A stretch of 64,000 bases of DNA from NCBI RefSeq assembly GCF_044377035.1, contig NZ_JBILJW010000002.1, positions 66,380-130,379 of the forward strand. Reading direction: 5' to 3'. The DNA is from Silanimonas sp. (lineage in GTDB: Bacteria > Pseudomonadota > Gammaproteobacteria > Xanthomonadales > Xanthomonadaceae). Below are positions 60,727 through 64,000 of this stretch, piece by piece. The translations under genes were made by a program, and so were the position numbers. Below the pieces are notes generated by a model. That model saw nothing but the letters and a program-made list of their open reading frames with translations. It searched no databases and was not told where the DNA came from. Within the stretch, counting starts at the first letter, position 1; each line of letters starts with the position of its first letter.

Positions 60727-62286
60727 ATGTCCGCCTCCGACGCCCTTCCCGCCGCGGCGCCGCGCACCGCCGTCGACCGCTTCCTCGCCATCGTCGAGCG
60801 CGCCGGCAACCTGCTGCCGCACCCGGCCACGCTGTTCTTCCTGCTCACGGTCTTCGTGGTGATCGCCAGTGCGATCGCCGCGCAGTTCGACCTCAGCGTC
60901 GCCCACCCGAAGACCGGCGAACCGGTGGTGCCCGTCAACCTGCTCAGCGTCGACGGCCTGCAGCGCATCATGGGTGGGTTGGTTACCAACTTCACCGGCT
61001 TCGCCCCGCTCGGCACCGTGTTGGTGGCCCTGATCGGCATCGGCGTGGCCGAGCACAGCGGCTTCATCGGGGCCTGCCTGCGCATCGTCGTGCTGAACGC
61101 GCCGCGCTTCCTGCTCACGCCGATCGTGGTGTTCGCGGGCGTGATGTCGAACATGGCCAGCGAGATCGGCTACGTGCTGCTGGTGCCGCTGGCCGGCCTG
61201 CTCTACGTGGCCGCCGGTCGCCACCCGATCCTTGGCATCGCCGCGGCCTTCGCCGGCGTCTCCGGCGGCTATTCCGCCAACCTGCTGCTCGGCACGATCG
61301 ACCCGTTGCTCTCCGGCCTGTCGCAGGAAGCCGCCCGCATCGTCGATCCGACGTACACGGTCAGCGCCGCGGCAAACATGTATTTCATGCAGGTCTCGAC
61401 ACCGCTGATCACCCTGCTCGGCTGGTGGGTTACCGAGAAGATCGTCGCCCGCCGCTTCCCCGACGGCAGCTATGGCAAAGGCGACGAGAAGATCGAGCCG
61501 ATCTCCGGGGCCGAGAAGCGCGGCCTCGCGTGGGCGGGCATCGCCACGGTGATTTTCACTGCCGCACTGCTCGCCGCGACGGTTCCCGAGGGGGGCTGGC
61601 TGCGCATCCCGGGCGAGCCCGACACGCTGAAGGCCCTCGCGCCGTTCCTGGGCGGCATCGTCGCGCTGATCTTCATCGGCGGCGCGCTGATCGGCATCGC
61701 CTACGGCGTCGGCGCAGGCACCATCAAGAGCGATGCCGACGTCATCAAGGGCATGTCGACCTCGATGGGCACCTTGGCGAGCTACCTCGTGCTGGTGTTC
61801 TTCGCCGCGCAGTTCGTCGCCCTGTTCAACTGGACGAACCTCGGCCTGATTTTCGCGGTGGAAGGCGCCGAGACACTGAAGTCGCTGGGCCTGCCGAAGA
61901 TCCCACTGCTGCTCGGCTTCATCCTGCTCACGGCGACGGTGAATCTGGCGATGGGCTCGGCCTCGGCCAAGTGGGCCCTGATGGCGCCCGTGTTCATTCC
62001 GATGTTCATGCTGCTCGGCTATTCGCCGGAAGTGACGCAGACGGCTTACCGCGTGGGCGATTCGGTCACCAACATCATCTCGCCGATGATGAGCTACTTC
62101 GCCATCGTCATTGCCTTCCTGCAGCGCTACGAACCGAAGGCCGGCATCGGCACCGTGGTCGCCACGATGATCCCCTATTCGATCACCTTCCTGATCGGCT
62201 GGTCGGCGCTGTTCGCGCTTTGGATCGGATTCGGCTGGGAGCTTGGGCCCAACGCCCCCCTCGTCTACGTGCCGACCGGCGGCTGA
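60727..62286 (+). CDS. AbgT family transporter
   Basis: 519 aa. N terminus [27 protein letters not shown] and multi-TM body typical of AbgT/MtrF. Confidence 0.85.
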   Translation: MSASDALPAAAPRTAVDRFLAIVERAGNLLPHPATLFFLLTVFVVIASAIAAQFDLSVAHPKTGEPVVPVNLLSVDGLQRIMGGLVTNFTGFAPLGTVLVALIGIGVAEHSGFIGACLRIVVLNAPRFLLTPIVVFAGVMSNMASEIGYVLLVPLAGLLYVAAGRHPILGIAAAFAGVSGGYSANLLLGTIDPLLSGLSQEAARIVDPTYTVSAAANMYFMQVSTPLITLLGWWVTEKIVARRFPDGSYGKGDEKIEPISGAEKRGLAWAGIATVIFTAALLAATVPEGGWLRIPGEPDTLKALAPFLGGIVALIFIGGALIGIAYGVGAGTIKSDADVIKGMSTSMGTLASYLVLVFFAAQFVALFNWTNLGLIFAVEGAETLKSLGLPKIPLLLGFILLTATVNLAMGSASAKWALMAPVFIPMFMLLGYSPEVTQTAYRVGDSVTNIISPMMSYFAIVIAFLQRYEPKAGIGTVVATMIPYSITFLIGWSALFALWIGFGWELGPNAPLVYVPTGG

Positions 62287-62786
62287 TGCCGCGCTGGCGT
62301 CCGCCGCAATGGCCCTCGACCGCACTGATCACGCGCGAGGGCTTCGAGCGGCTCAAGGCTGAACTCGACGAACTGTGGCGGGTCCGCCGGCCGGAGGTGG
62401 TCAAGGCCCTGGCCGCCGCCGCGGCCGAAGGCGACCGCTCGGAGAACGCGGAGTACACCTACCGCAAGAAGCAGCTCGGCGAGATCGATCGCCGGGTTCG
62501 CTACCTGTCGAAGCGGATCGAGGTGTTGAAGGTCGTCGAGGCTCACCCCGCCGATCCGCAGGCGGTGTTCTTCGGCGCGTGGCTCACGGTGGAACGCGAA
62601 GATAGCGGTGCGGAAAGCACCTACCGCATCGTCGGCCCGGACGAGATCGATGCGGCCAAGGGCTGGATCAGCATCGATTCCCCGCTGGCGCGGGCCGCGC
62701 TGAAGAAGCGCATCGACGACGAGTTCGAAGCCGCCCTGCCCGCCGGACCGGCGCGTTTCATCGTCGTCGACGTGCGCTACGCCTGA
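62286..62786 (+). CDS. greB: Transcription elongation factor GreB
   Basis: [17 protein letters not shown] ... [30 protein letters not shown] ... [12 protein letters not shown]-type motif ([14 protein letters not shown]). The ATG shares one base with the upstream TGA. Confidence 0.85.
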   Translation: MPRWRPPQWPSTALITREGFERLKAELDELWRVRRPEVVKALAAAAAEGDRSENAEYTYRKKQLGEIDRRVRYLSKRIEVLKVVEAHPADPQAVFFGAWLTVEREDSGAESTYRIVGPDEIDAAKGWISIDSPLARAALKKRIDDEFEAALPAGPARFIVVDVRYA

Positions 62787-64000
62787 TCAGTACACCTCGC
62801 GCTCGTGGATGGCGCGGCGGTCGCCTTGGTACACGCCAAAGCCGATCCGCGCCGTCGGCACGGTGCTGCCTGTCCCGCGCCAGTTGAACTGCAGCCAGAC
62901 GGGCACGGTGGGCGTCAGGTCGAGGATGCCGACGTTGCCAGCGCCCGGAGCGCGAAGCCACAGCGTGAAATTGCCGCCGGCGCCCACCGGCGGCGTCGCC
63001 GTGTAGCGGCGGGCGACCGGCCCGGCAACGCTGCAGCCCTGCCCGCTCGCCCCGGGGCTGCCGCTGTCCTGCACACAGGTCTCGGAGGGCAACAGGGTGT
63101 CACTGGCGTTGGCATCCGCCAGCGGAGCGATGCCCACGCCGCTACACGCATCCGCCGTGTTGGCAACGAAGGTCGTCCCATTGAAGAACTCGGCGCGCAT
63201 GGGCACCTGCAGGTCGAGCACCTCGGGGCCGAAAGCGTTGGCCACCGCAATGCGCCCCCAGCGCTGGACGCTGCCACCGATGCCGGCGGTCGTCAGTGGG
63301 TCACAACCGTCGAGGGCGGCCGTGTCGAAGCAGACGCCGTCGCTGTCCGTCAGATCGGCCGCCGTCAACGTCAGCGTCGCCAGGGCGTTGAAGGGGACTT
63401 CGGGCGCGGCCGGCTTCGCGTAGGTGAGGCGATCACCGCTGACGGTGACCAGCCCGGTACCGTCGAACGGTGCCGCGGTGTTCTCCGCCACCGTTCCGGC
63501 GCCACCGTTCGTTGTGCGCGACAGCGTTGCCAGCGTGCCCGCGGCCGAACTGGTGTAGGAGCGGTTCGCCAACGCGCCGCCGAAACGCCAGAACGCGTTG
63601 GCGGCGCCTCCGGCGTTGACGTAGTTGCCGGTGACGGCACCCAGCGCGTTCAAGCCGCTCACCGTCAACGCAGGGTTGGTGCCGAAGCTGAACTCCTGCC
63701 CCACGTAGCCGAAGCTTCCCGCCGCGCAGGCGTTGGCCAACGTGGGGATGTTCGGCGTGACCGCGAGACGCGCAGGAATGAAGCGGCCGACGTTCGCCAA
63801 GGCCGCACCGACGACGTTGGGCACGTTCCCGGGAGCCGGCTGCGACGGCGTGCCGTAGCCGAGGTAATCACCGTCAGCGAGCTCCGGGATCAAGGTGATG
63901 ATGCCCACCTCGTCCCAGCGCCAGTCGCCGGTGGCCGTGCCATTGGCGAACGCCCCGAAACCCGTCGACAGGCTCGCCACCGGGTCGGGGTTGAGGCCGC
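62787..64000 (-). CDS. C-terminal part of an MshQ-like (DUF6701-type) large surface/pilus-associated protein, 5' end outside window
   Basis: The ORF is open to the window edge. Gly/Thr/Ala-rich beta-type sequence ending ARIGFGVYQGDRRAIHEREVY, which resembles the conserved MshQ C terminus. Family assignment is from memory of that motif only. Confidence 0.5.
   Translation of the reverse strand, partial: GLNPDPVASLSTGFGAFANGTATGDWRWDEVGIITLIPELADGDYLGYGTPSQPAPGNVPNVVGAALANVGRFIPARLAVTPNIPTLANACAAGSFGYVGQEFSFGTNPALTVSGLNALGAVTGNYVNAGGAANAFWRFGGALANRSYTSSAAGTLATLSRTTNGGAGTVAENTAAPFDGTGLVTVSGDRLTYAKPAAPEVPFNALATLTLTAADLTDSDGVCFDTAALDGCDPLTTAGIGGSVQRWGRIAVANAFGPEVLDLQVPMRAEFFNGTTFVANTADACSGVGIAPLADANASDTLLPSETCVQDSGSPGASGQGCSVAGPVARRYTATPPVGAGGNFTLWLRAPGAGNVGILDLTPTVPVWLQFNWRGTGSTVPTARIGFGVYQGDRRAIHEREVY

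Overview
Very GC-rich chromosomal window. Gene content and order resemble a Xanthomonadales/Lysobacterales-type gammaproteobacterium, but this is inference only because no rRNA is present. I call about 55 protein genes and one tRNA.

The backbone is housekeeping:
- scpA (5' partial)-scpB-rluB
- an aminotransferase plus omega-amidase pair
- a sulfur/methionine block: cysB, divergent cysG-cysK, then a SAM-I-like riboswitch leader in front of a metX-like and a metB/metZ-like gene
- valS; pssA-small ORF-rimI; proS; hns; ThrE-type and EamA-type exporters
- a 4-gene MlaE/MlaF/MlaD/lipoprotein (MCE) transporter
- a complete ccmABCDEFGHI cluster (ccmD is missing from the ORF track)
- a second MetX paralogue; tRNA-Leu(CAA); a cell-wall/hydrolase operon
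- a YjgR-like ATPase plus membrane protein; an AbgT transporter; greB; the 3' part of an MshQ-like gene

The non-housekeeping content is four giant minus-strand exoprotein genes of about 2030, 1364, 1359 and 1235 aa. Their heads are unrelated: a beta-propeller/cadherin-like adhesin, an M64 metallopeptidase and two S8 subtilases. All four end in the same ~580-aa C-terminal cassette. The last ~240 aa of that cassette are a tandem pair of a module I cannot assign to any named family. A single copy of the module also ends a secreted esterase. This tag-defined exoprotein set is my best candidate for something undescribed.

I saw no transposase, integrase, phage, CRISPR or toxin-antitoxin genes. Many long ORFs in the track are antisense shadows of real genes, a GC-rich artefact. 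Coordinates of short motifs were read by eye and may be off by 1-2 nt.
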